Positions 23,782 to 35,755 of a stretch of DNA of 64,000 bases are shown here, piece by piece. Source of the DNA: Schmidtea nova. Lineage: Eukaryota. Every line of letters starts with the position of its first letter. Within the stretch, counting starts at the first letter, position 1. The notes beneath the pieces were generated by a model, which saw only the letters and a list, made by a program, of their open reading frames with translations, searched no databases and had not been told where the DNA came from. The stretch is taken from positions 128,650,001 to 128,714,000 of the forward strand of contig CM097884.1 of NCBI GenBank assembly GCA_044892505.1, read 5' to 3'. The position numbers were made by a program, and so were the translations under genes.

Positions 23782-24790
23782 TCGATTCCGCTTAATTGGG
23801 ACACATCGGGACTTATGCATTTTGTCCCAATTAAGCGGCTGCCCCCATTTAGCGGCTGTCTCAATTTTGCGAATTTTTTTTCTTTATTTAATTTGGTTTT
23901 GGCAACAAAGTCGATAAACCAGTACTACAAATATAATGGAACACCATATATTTTTTTTGGTTTTATTTTATAACCCCTTTGCTCAAATTACATTTGGGTA
24001 ATATAAATTATGGGTATTTATTCATATAAATTATCTTATAAATAAAAAAAAATATTGCAAATAAACCTTTGAGGAAAAAAAATAAATGAGTGGCTCACTA
24101 AATTTAATTCAATCACAAAAATGAGTCAAGTGTGACCTGTCTTTTGTTTTTGTAACATTTCACTTCTACAAAATCAGCACTGATTGTTAGTGCGCCCGTA
24201 GGGCTCCCTTCATTTCCTTCCTGCATAAAATAACGCTGTAACGCGACCATACATTTTTTAGCCTCCTGGTTAGTCACATGAATAGGTGATTCCTCGTCAT
24301 CCTCGCCATCGGTGTCTAGTTTTTTATTTTTTGATTTAATACTTTCTACAATTGAATCCACACAGTCTTCATTGTCGTCGTAACATTGTAAATTGTTTTC
24401 TATTGTTGAAAACTCTTCGTAGTTAATCAAACAATGGAATAAATCTTTATAATTATTTTATTTTACTTTAAAATTATTAAAATTACTTTTAAAAAATTAA
24501 AATTACTTTATCATCATCTAAATTAAATTATTATCATAATTACTTTAACCGGTAAGCCTCAATACTTTCTATTATGTTGATTAGTCGTTAAAATAAATTA
24601 ACATAAAATTTTTTGTTAATAAAGAACTAACCTTAAAAAATGTATGTGCACATATCTTAAATTTACTGTCCCAATTAAGCGGAATGTTGTCCCAATTAAA
24701 GATATAATTTTACTATTGTTTATAGGGTTTGGTTTCGGGTCTTTGAGATTTGTCCCAAATAAACGGCTGCCCCAATAAAGCGGTGTCCCA
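23779..24790 (-). mobile_element. Internally deleted Tigger/TIGD-like element
   Basis: TA + CAGTCGATTCCGCTTAATTGGG terminus. Repeated TCCCAATTAAGCGG motifs at both ends. ORF 24113-24430 is an acidic Tigger C-terminus ending KRQVTLDSFL. The other end lies in the gap. Confidence 0.85.
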
Positions 24791-24959
24791 NNNNNNNNNN
24801 NNNNNNNNNNNNNNNNNNNNNNNNNNNNNNNNNNNNNNNNNNNNNNNNNNNNNNNNNNNNNNNNNNNNNNNNNNNNNNNNNNNNNNNNNNNNNNNNNNNN
24901 NNNNNNNNNNNNNNNNNNNNNNNATATATTTAAATTTCTGAAATCATTATCTACAAAAA

Positions 24960-25670
24960 AACTTTGCATTGGTTTATTTGAAAATAAAAAGATTATTGAA
25001 AAGCTTTAAGGAATGTGCTCATAAATAAAATAAGGAATATTAGGAAGGGAAATTCTTTGCAAACTCAAATATTCTTCTAAAAAATTGTTAATAATTATCT
25101 ATTTTTGGGCACACGAATCCCCTGAAATTACAATTGTTTCTTTTACTCACTTTTCAAAAGTAACTGTAACACAGGTGTTTCGATATTTAAGAAATGTATA
25201 GTCAAGTTAAGTAGAAACCCAAAGATCTTTGGGGGAATAATAAAGTGATTCAACGCGATTAACACAACCAGGGTACACCAACTACTAAACTGAGAAGAAA
25301 ATTGCGGGTATTAGGTGCATCGGACATGGAACTAAAAATGGTTTTTGCAATTGGTAAAAAAACAGAGAACACTATTTCCAATCATTAATTCTTTGATTTT
25401 GTCCAATTCTGTTGTCTGAACTGATGAATATTCAGTATATACTGGTGGACATTACAATAATGTACTAACAACACAGCTTGACAGACTCATTCTTACGTTA
25501 ACTACACGGAAAACTTCTAAGAGCTTATTACCCGTGTGCATACAAATTACATCGAATCTCTTTGGAAATCCCGTGAAAGAAAGTTAAAAAGAATATTTGG
25601 AGAAAAAGAAATTTTTTTCCCAAGTTATCTTGATAAGGTTCTCTGGCGGAAAAGATATACAGTCAACAAT
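24960..25670 (+). pseudogene. Merlin (IS1595/IS1016-like DDE) transposase relic
   Basis: KGKFFANSNILLKKLLIIIYFWAH, GGNNKVIQRD, RVLGASD, RTLFPII, THSYVNYTENF, RVHTNYIESLWK, SYLDKVLWRKRY. Confidence 0.85.
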
Positions 25671-28100
25671 GATGAACTAATAATAAAATAATTATTGACA
25701 TAAGATAAATTAATTAAAGAAGTACTGTGTTAAAATTGTATAAAATATTTTAGTTGAAGTGTTAACTTGTTTTCAATTTTTTTACATTTATTGTTTCACA
25801 ACGTCCTTCTTAAAATATTTAAATAAATAATTTAAATTTTTTTATTCGTAATAACATAGTTTTAATATTATTTATTCAAAAAAAATAATGATTTTATTAT
25901 ATTTGGTAGCCCCTAATATTTTACCATAGCCCAAACTTTTTCAAATTCATAATTTTTAAATACTCTGTTCAACTTTCAATCTTTATTTTATCTTAATAAT
26001 ATTATTTAAAATAAAAATAATACTAATATAATATTTTCAAATATTTAGTATCTTCAAAATAAACTCCCATTTTCTACTAATATTAAAACACGGATTTAAA
26101 ATAATGGATTTATTAATTTCAATATTTAATTACAATAATAAATTTAATGTCAGTCTAGTACGGTGGATTAAGTAATCAGTGTGTACTATGTGAAACCCAA
26201 GGATTGCGTAATCGTTTGTGTGTAATTATTTAATTATTATTTAATACACACAGAGGAAAGTATTTCGAACAGGACATTTCTATCTACTATTTTATTATCT
26301 ATTTTTTTAAATAATTAGTTAATGAAACATTTTACTAACTTCATTTTCAGTTTTAAATTTTAATGCTTGGTCCGGATTGTCAAATATGTCAATATAAATT
26401 GGAGAGGAACTTCTATCAGATTGTTTTGACCGAATGTTCACTGGTTGTGGAGCCACTGAGTTATCCTAAATATAATACATATTCGTTATTTATTCAATGA
26501 TGATTATAAAATATAAGATTATTTTATAGACAACAAATTTGATTAAATACCAAAAATATTTAAAAAATAAGATAAATTTGTTTATTGAAAGTATTAACTG
26601 CTGTAACTTTTGTTTTGCTAATTTAATTATTTTAGTTATTTTCCAAAACACCAAACTATTTAAACAAATAATATAATTTATATTTGATGACTTTCCTAGT
26701 GTATATTAACGGCTGAATAAAAAGACATTTAAAGCTTTAAAAATTGTAAAATGAAGTGCGGAAACAAAAGTGAAATGTAAAAGTTACTTAAATTGTTTAA
26801 ATGCGAATTAATCAAAAATTTAAAAAATAGAGAAAATTTATAAATTTCGGAGAAAATGTTAACCAAGTTGCAGATAAAAATTAATAAGACAAATAAAATA
26901 ATTATAAATTAAAAGGCGAGTGTCTTAAACAACGTAAAAATGAAAATACAATATCATTAATTGAAATTTTCTTGATCACATCAATTATCAGTTTCAGAAG
27001 ACAAAATATCCGAGTTTGACAAACGTAATAGTGGCCTGCAAGGCATCAGCTTAGAAAATGAATATATATTGCTCATTTAAAGATACTTTTATTGATATTT
27101 CTGTTGAATTTCATTATTTTTAAAAATTTCATAAATTCTGACTTGACAATATTTTTATGATTTCAATAAATGTTATTCTTTCATGTTGTTTTCTGATTTT
27201 TACATTTTTAAGATTCAAAATCTTCACAACATCAATTATATAAGACTTGGTAAACGAGAAAACAACACACATACATACCAATTGCCTGTAATTAAGGACC
27301 ACAAAGACATATATTACGGGCAACTTGTAAGTACTAGCTATTTATTATGTTTTGTAACACTGTTTACTGCTTTTTTAGTATGTTTTAAATTTGTTTATTA
27401 TTTTAAGTTAAACATCAATTTATTTTCTATATAAGTAAGTTATTATAATTTTTATTTGTCAATAATTGTGTTCCTTTTTCTTTATTTATTACGCTGATAT
27501 ATTTTCTCCCTCTTTTCCTTTTATAAAAAGCCCAATTTTTTCTACCCGACACCATGTTTCGGATATTCTTTAGTTCAAAACCCATTTGACGGCCAAATTC
27601 TTGATAATCTTCACCCCTTTCACTACTTCAATTAATACTTTTTTGTCATGGTCTGTTTATTGATAAAAAATAAAAATTCAAATTTGTTTTTATTTATTTT
27701 TTTGTTTTCGACGTTTTCTTTCTAAAGGTTCGGCTGGTTGAAGCATAATAACTTTATTTTTTGGATTTCTGAAAATTATTTTTATTAAATTTTTTAATAT
27801 AATTGTAAATTTACATTTCTCCTTGATCCCCTTATATGAATAGCATATTTGATTCCAACGAAACTTCTGAAATGTCTTTATAAATCATTTAAAGTTTTAA
27901 TTTTAGATTCCCTTAATTAAAGATTGTCACTTCATATTTGTCCCTACATGTGTATTTTTTATTAAAGGGTTTTTGTGTGTTGTGTACGTATTTTTTAACC
28001 TAATTTTTCTGTTTTTTTCTCCTTATCTGCAGTATGTTTTTTTCTATATATAATTTAAATTGTTATTATTAATACCTTTACTGTTGCCTATCTCGCCTTT

Positions 28101-28104
<4 letters not shown>

Positions 28105-28182
<78 letters not shown>
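28105..28182. repeat. (TA)n microsatellite
   Basis: Direct reading. Confidence 0.98.
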
Positions 28183-28183
<1 letters not shown>

Positions 28184-28971
28184 CATATACAGGTACACCC
28201 GGAGCTACTTGGAACAATTAACAGTTTAACTCGAGGATTATCTATATAACTAATATTCTTTGATTTTACGTTAATTTTATAAAGTTTATCATAAAGAAAC
28301 TATTTAGATCCCGGTCGAGCTTAGTGCCGAATTACGCGAACGACAGGCATATTTACCAATGTTAATGTCAATATCCAAAAGTACATGGTTAAGTGAGCAA
28401 CAGGAAAGAGCATGAAATAAAAATATAAACCTCCGTGTTTGGCCAGTTTGAAGAAAGAGTTAGTGCATTCAGAATCAGTACCAACCTTACCTAAAATAAG
28501 TATTTAACCTGTATGTGACTCAAAATTAAACGCACAGAAAAATAGAAAATGAGAAAACAAATTTCCACCTTAGAATTACGCCATAAGAGTACTAAATATT
28601 TGATTGAAAATGAAAATCTAAGAATAAATCCTTGGCATGCATTCAGAGTATTTTTCATTATTGATGCTTTTAAAATATAAAGATTGGTTCTGCAACCGTA
28701 ACTAGGAGAAAATCTTTAATTTCAGCCCTTTTGCAGTTGAAATAAATCTAAAAAATTTGACATCATTTCAGCAATAAAATATTATATAATCGACTTTCAA
28801 TTTAAAAAAGTGCCGATTGAAAACTATTATTAATTATGCTAATAATATGTCATGAATGATTATAATGATTATAAATCATGCAGTAATTTGATATTAAATA
28901 ACTTTTTATGTAAAAATAGAACTGGATAAACCGAAATAAACATTTGAACTCTTAACAGCGCATAATTAGAC

Positions 28972-29649
28972 CAGGGGTGAGCAAACGTTTTTAACGAAGG
29001 CCCGCGTTGGTATCTGTCCTATGCAACGTGTGATGCATCAGCACAACTCGCCGTATTGACACGTTTTTTACATTGACAAAAATAATCATATGTATGCTGT
29101 ACCCCGTCTCATACTTGATATTTGAGGCGCTTCTCCCAGGTTTGATTTTGAAATGTTAAATCGTTTATTTATTTTTTTCGTGTTCGTTACTCTTCACACT
29201 CTATATATTTTAAAGTCTTTCCTAAATATATAGATTGATATAATCACTTTTTTAAAACATTTAAAACTCATTTATTATCCTTTCTTAGGTTCAATATCCT
29301 CCATTACCTGACTAGTTGCTATTGGTTATAGATTATACATACTGTCATATCGAAGTCTCATTAATAAGTAGACAGGAGGAAAAATGTCTTATAACGAATT
29401 TTGTGATAATCAAATATTTTTCTGTTGTGAAACTTCGTATTTCATTTAAAGACTTATTCTTACATAATTTTTATAACCACTTTTTAAAACATAGCTGTCA
29501 TTAATTTGAAATGTGATATTTCAATCTTATAGTTCAGTCCCATAATTCTTGGACATCAAAAGATGACAATCATAATAAACAAAAAGATCTTATATCCATA
29601 TCTTTGACGGGCCACATGCGTCCCGCCAGCCGTATTTTGCCTACCCCTG
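28972..29649. mobile_element. hAT Buster/Charlie-type MITE, 678 bp, 8-bp TSD AATTAGAC
   Basis: TIRs CAGGGGTGAGCAAA / TTTGCCTACCCCTG. Perfect TSD at 28964-28971 and 29650-29657 with central TA. Confidence 0.95.
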
Positions 29650-30330
29650 AATTAGACAGAGCAAAAATCATAAATATTATTTGCCAAATTCTACATATTC
29701 GATTTGAAATTATTTTATTTCTGACTAAAACGTTTTAGTTTATCATCAAAATTAAATTATAAATTATAGATTTCAGTAATAAAATCTTTCAAATTTTTTC
29801 CTCAAAAAATTTGCACAGTAGATGAATTTAATTATTATAAATTCTTTCTAAAATTTATTTAATTGCATAATTACATTATCAGAGTCGAATCGCGTTGAAG
29901 CGCTCATGTCCGATTACTAGGTCACTGCTTATAAAATTTTGTAGCATTTCCATTTTTGTTTGAATTCAATGCCAACCGACATTTGAACGTCTACGATATT
30001 CATTGCCGATGAGAAACTTTTGAGAAATAGAAACAGTTTCCTAATTTTAAGCCATTCATGCGTCGTGAAAGGGTCAATTGATAATTTGTTAGGTTGATCA
30101 GCATTAAATTCTGACAGATTTATTATGACACTTCGAATATCTTTAAGATTTCAAACTGAATATTTTTGAATAGACTTGTAGAATACAATTCGTAAGTATA
30201 ACAAATAGATGGATTAGTAAACCTAATTTCTATAAGACAATATCATTGTAGTAAACGTTAGCTTTGCACTTTATTCATGAAAATTGACAGATAATTTAAT
30301 AATCTAAAAAAATAACTATTTCATAAAAAT

Positions 30331-30960
30331 ATGTCTGTATCGTAGTTTCTAGATTAGAGGTTATTTATGATGTTTGATTGTTGTGTTTGACTGTTGGTAT
30401 GTATCCGAATTCGCATGTATTCTGATGAGTAGATAATAATAAGTAGATAGTAGTGTTAGATATTTATTTTTAGAAAATATTTTTATATCTACATCTCGTT
30501 TTGACAACAACAATAATAAAATAAAATTTAATAATAATAATAATAATAATAAGATTAATAATGATTATTTTATAATCGAAATTATAAAAGAAGTTTGCAA
30601 CAAAGGCTTATTTTGTTATTTATTATTTATTTAATATTTAATTAAGGCAGCTACGAAGGAATCACTATTTATTATTAATAATTGTAAAGAATAATTAGAT
30701 ATTGTAAAACTTATTAAATTAATCTATTACGCAATTATATGTCAAAATCGTAGTTTCAAGATTAGAGGTTATTTATGATGCCTGATTGTTGTGTTTGAAT
30801 GTTGATATGTATGTGTGTTTGCATGTATTCTGTATTAGTAATGAGTAAATCAATAACCTTACTTTCTAGGGGTTGTGCAACGAAGAGCTTTATAAGTGCA
30901 TGTTAGATATTTGTTTTCAGAATATATTTTTTATATCTATGTCTCTGTTTACAATAATAA
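30331..30960. repeat. Diverged direct repeat, period about 408 bp
   Basis: TCGTAGTTTC.AGATTAGAGGTTATTTATGATG..TGATTGTTGTGTTTGA at about 30340 and 30748. Each unit is followed by (AAT)n-like sequence. Confidence 0.8.
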
Positions 30961-31559
30961 TAATAGTAATAATTGTAATTATACATTTGGAGTTTCTTAT
31001 TAGATGAAACAGGAGGAATTTAATTTATATTACCTTGGATTTTCGATAACTCACAGCAACATATTAGAATTTATTGATATCGCAATTCAATTCATACCTG
31101 TTAATATTTATTTCAAAATCAAACCCGTAACTATAAGTCCTAATAGAAATAAAATACTTAATGCGTTTTTAATACGACATTAGTTACTTTAAGTAACACT
31201 TCTGTATAATTAGTTAATTTTATTCGTCTTTATGTTATCACTAATCAGATCCCTTTGTCTTTTATAACTCATTTCCTCTCCTGTCAATAATTTATCTTGT
31301 TTATTCCTTTGCACTGTCAATATGATTCTGTATTTTAGACAACATTAACCATACTTTATCACATAAAAAGAACATTGAGTGTAGAATATTAATTATTAAT
31401 AATTAAAATGTAATTATTGCGTTGACTGTTTTAATTATAGATAATTATAAATAAAATGCGACAACATTATTTACTAGAAAATTATTTTAAACTGGTAGAT
31501 AAAATTTAAATTTCTTAGAAAAATAATATACGTTCAAATGAAATTCTTCAAATGTAGTT

Positions 31560-33290
31560 AGTAGGACGTTTTAGATCATTATAGAATAGTTTTATTTCTG
31601 CGTATTACCGTGAAGAAGGATTCATGGGCGATAAAAGAGGTGAATTTCACATAATAATCTCAACAACACAAGTACATATAAAGAGACGAAACGTATATCA
31701 GCAAACACCATTGAAGGAAAGATCAACAAAGCATTATAACGAATCGGAAAAAAGGGTGTCAAAGAAAGATCTATCAAAAGCTTCATAGCCAAAAACTTGG
31801 ATCTTCCAAATATTTCTGTTTAATTAAAACTCAAAAAGAAGGTCCCGCGATCAGGATTAGACTGATCGTATCCAATACCAAAGGTAAAACAACCAAGGTG
31901 AGTTTGATTCTCTCCAAAATTCTTAAACAACTGCTGGGCCAAGTACCACACCATCTTCAAAGCAGTGACTGTCTTATGTCAAAATTGAATAAAACAGGTA
32001 CACACAGGTAAAACACGCTCGATTCCTATACATTTGTATTCACTCTAAAGATGCTATAGATTGTTTAGAATGAAAGTTAAGAGAATACATACAAAGGATA
32101 TCATTGAACTTCTCACTGTGATTCTCGCTATCACATACTTCACATTTGAACAAAAAGTAAACGAACAAGCGAGATGTCTGTTAATTTTATAGTATATCAG
32201 CCATACTAGCGATTATATTCATGGATTATCTCGAACCTAATAATATTGAGATTAACAAAATAAAATGCAACCCAAGGCAGAAAGATTTACAAAATGAAAG
32301 AAAATATTTCTACCTTCGAAATTATTTCATAAATGACCAGATCAATTTTATGATCATCAAAAAACCTAATCTCACTGGTCTTCCAATTCGTCTGGCACAT
32401 AGATCTAAGACATTGAGGCAAGCCCTGGCTAAGAATTCGAGAAAAGAAAATACCTGTAAACTGGAAAATTGCCAAACACCCAAGAAAATTTGCTTCCGCA
32501 ATAACACAGTCTATAGCATCATTTGTAATAAACGCGAAGATATTTACATCAGAAGCACCCTTAGACTTTACATCATAGAATTAAAGAACATCTTGATCTT
32601 GGTAAAAATTCATCTGTATATAGATATCTTCATCAATGTCAGACAGATAATATTGAAAAATTAATATCTGTGAGAATATTAACAAGTGAAACGATGACAA
32701 AAATCTCAGGCTTTAAAGAACCTATTCTTATTAAAGACAAACGCCCAAAGACTAACTCTGGAGAGGAAGTTAGCGAAATTTCCTACTTACTACCTTGTTA
32801 AAAAAAACATTTTTATTCTAGAAATGAGAAAGAGAAAAAAAGGAAAAATACAGAAAGTACAAAAAATATATGGGCATTTCAAAGAAATACAAAAAAATCA
32901 TATATAATAAAATTAGTTTTAAAATTTAAATATAAATGTTTAGAAAATTAGAATGTAAAATACAAACTTAACTAAAAAATTTTAAAGTTTAGAAAAGATA
33001 ATTTTTTGCTTTGGAATTGAGAAAGTTATTTTGAAAAAGAGAAGATTTATATTTATTCTAAAAATATTAAATTTTAGAGTTTTTATTTTAAATTTTACAT
33101 TTTTAACTAAAAAAACTTTTAAATTTAAAATTCATATTAATCAGATTTACATGCAATAAAAAAGAAGATAATTCACGAAAATAGAAACAGCAATACAAGG
33201 TGCCAGTTATATTTTGTATTGGAGATCGAAAATGATTATTTTATAATCAAAAATTTTCACTTACTAAAAATTTTGCAGCAAAGGCTTATT
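31560..33290 (+). mobile_element. Penelope-like family A, copy 2 (longer 5' end, internal deletion of the YVDD region)
   Basis: FCLIKTQKEGPAIRIRLIVS...LKQLLGQVPHHLQSSDCLMSKLN matches copy 1. ORF 32221-32664 carries CFRNNTVYSIICNK. About 400 bp present in copy 1 is missing near 32237. The 3' UTR matches 880-1300. Confidence 0.88.
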
Positions 33291-33503
33291 NNNNNNNNNN
33301 NNNNNNNNNNNNNNNNNNNNNNNNNNNNNNNNNNNNNNNNNNNNNNNNNNNNNNNNNNNNNNNNNNNNNNNNNNNNNNNNNNNNNNNNNNNNNNNNNNNN
33401 NNNNNNNNNNNNNNNNNNNNNNNNNNNNNNNNNNNNNNNNNNNNNNNNNNNNNNNNNNNNNNNNNNNNNNNNTGTATATGAAAGAACCGTTTATATTTTG
33501 GTG

Positions 33504-33505
<2 letters not shown>

Positions 33506-33571
<66 letters not shown>
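33506..33571. repeat. (TA)n microsatellite
   Basis: Direct reading. Confidence 0.97.
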
Positions 33572-33573
<2 letters not shown>

Positions 33574-33817
33574 GTAAAAAACTACAAAAGAGTTATATCG
33601 ACTAAATATTAAAAATGATTTAAAAAGTTTCGTTCAAATAGATTGTTCAGTAAAAATATTTGTTCAGTGTTGAATTAATTTGAATTGTTTATTAATTTCC
33701 TGGATAATGAAAAAAATTGACTTGCATAATTAACTAAAAATATGTTAGAAATTGTATCAATTGTTTTAATTGACAGATATTTTCATAACAAAAATTTCAT
33801 TATTTAAGCATTAGTTT

Positions 33818-33879
33818 AACATTGATATATTTTGATTGAAAAAAATTAAGTTAATAATTATTAAAAACAAACGCCAATC

Positions 33880-33942
<63 letters not shown>

Positions 33943-34920
33943 TGGACAACATATATCGAGTGCTCTTCAATCTTCCATTCGAATATAAATACAATAAATA
34001 GATTTTCAAACAATTTATTTATAATTTTTATATAAAATGTATATTATAAATTTTATAAAATAGCAAAAAATTTAAAACTATAAAATTATTTTTTAATTTA
34101 AATAAATTAATCTTAAAAATATAATATTCTCTTTTTTAAAAAAAATGATTTTTATGAATATTTTATAAATATTTCCATATTTATAAACAACAGTAGGACT
34201 GAAATAAAAGTTCATAATCATCAATTGAAAATGCTCTAAAACTCGAGTACAGAAAAGACGGTCAGTTTTCTTCAAAGTATGTGGCATTTCGCCCATGACA
34301 TTTGAAAAATTAAACGAATTTAGAATAAATATCAAAAGAAAAAAATTAAAATCGTCAACAACCACATCAGTTAATTTACTTAAATCGTAAAAATTGAGGT
34401 AAACAAACGCACCCAAAATTCTCACACTCTCATATTCACAAACATCAATATGATTGGAAAAAACGCATTTAACTTTTCAAATGTCATGGGCGAAATGCTA
34501 CATACTTTGGAGAAGACTAACCATCTTTTCTGTACTCAAATGTTAGAGCATTTTCAATGGATGATTATGAATTTTGTTTTAAATCATTCTGTTGTTTATA
34601 GATATGAAAATATTTATAAAATATCCTTAAAAAAAAGAGAATATTATATTTTTTAAGATTAATTTATTTTAATTAAAAAAATAATTTTATCGTTTTAAAT
34701 ATTTTAGCTATTTTATAAATTAAAATAAACCTTTTATTAAAAAATTATGATTGATTTGTTTGAAAATCTATTTATTTGATTTATATTTGAATGGATGATT
34801 GAAGAGCCCCTGACGATGAGAAAAAAGTACTCGAAATATATTGTGCAGAATATATATTTGGATTGGCGTTTGTTTTTAATAATTATTAACTTTTTTTTTC
34901 AATCAAAATATATAATGTTA
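33818..34920. mobile_element. Long imperfect inverted repeat made of two head-to-head PLE 3' ends (family C)
   Basis: Arms about 33818-34320 and 34465-34920. The ORFs 34093-34425(-) and 34450-34656(+) are paralogous. Shifted reading gives C.G.NATYFG(K)T.RLFCTR.LEH, a GIY-YIG remnant. The left arm contains a (TA)n expansion at 33883-33940. Confidence 0.8.
34806..34846 (+). ncRNA. Minimal type I hammerhead-ribozyme-like motif (PLE type)
   Basis: CTGACGA-T-GAG(aaaaaagta)CTC-GAAA, palindromic helix III ATATAT, U17, then GTGC. The left arm retains GCAC, which would pair fully with GTGC. Confidence 0.6.
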
Positions 34921-35711
34921 GTGTCATGTTTGTTGTGTTATGTATTCATAATTATTGTTTTCCTCGTATTCTTACCCTCCCTCTGACATCTTCCTCGTAA
35001 GTCTTTATTGCATTTTGATTAACTTTTTTCTGTTTCTTTTTACTATACAAGACACTGAAGTAAGTAAGAACCAAAGAACGATTATATTTTATCTCCAGAA
35101 GGGTATAACAACACCTTTATAGAGCTACATGTTTTGTTTTGAAACCCGCCTGATATGATTGTTTAAAACTTTCAAATTGTCTTGTTTTTTAATATATTTT
35201 CCCACAAATTAAAGTTGATTAAAGAACTCGAAGACCTTCATTTTATGAATTATCTTTTTCTTTGAAATAAAAAATATATTTTCTTAATAATCTATTAAAT
35301 AATAATGGTAATTCGTTCAAATAAATAAAGAAACAACATTTTCTAAAATATATTTTTGCATTATATTTCGACAGCTGAACTGTCATCTTTAGAAAATAAA
35401 CACATTTAATAAAATAAAAAATTGGTCATATTTATACGTTTATTAGTGATTACATATGAATGCTGCCTGTTTTTGACAACTTCGAGATATATGAGCGTTC
35501 GCTTGCACGTTTTGTGATTCCAAAATTCGTTGTAGAGATCGAGTTAAAGTTGATTAATTATCTTCAATATTAAAGCAATATTAAATATTTTTTATTAATT
35601 TATTATATATTTAGTTTTTTATAATTATGTTTTATTATTACATTTTATAATGTAAGTTTTCTATTATTGGTTTTAATTAAATGTTTTTATTAATTTATCA
35701 TATTATTTATA

Positions 35712-35755
35712 GATGAATCGTCTGCAGATGAATCGTTCATGGACGAATCATCATA
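35712..35755 (+). repeat. Short tandem array (GA[T/C]GAATC[G/A]T x3), MULE-terminus-like
   Basis: GATGAATCGTCTGCAGATGAATCGTTCATGGACGAATCATC. No partner end found. Confidence 0.45.

Larger units (their letters stand above)
22082..25931 (+). mobile_element. Putative Merlin transposon hosting two nested elements
   Basis: Imperfect inverted ends GGCTATGGT...GG.TACCAAA at 22082 and 25931, with a Merlin transposase relic inside. TSD degenerate; two gaps inside. Confidence 0.5.

Noticed and set aside
24960-25670. Bacterial IS1595 contamination or recent horizontal transfer
   Set aside because: The motifs equally fit eukaryotic Merlin, and the copy is decayed and embedded among eukaryotic TEs with host-like composition.
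26150-26225. tRNA gene or tRNA-derived SINE head
   Set aside because: An A-box-like start is present but the B-box is degenerate and no cloverleaf forms.
30055-30078. piggyBac-like end (CCCTTTCACGACG on the minus strand)
   Set aside because: The TTAA is mutated and no partner end was found.
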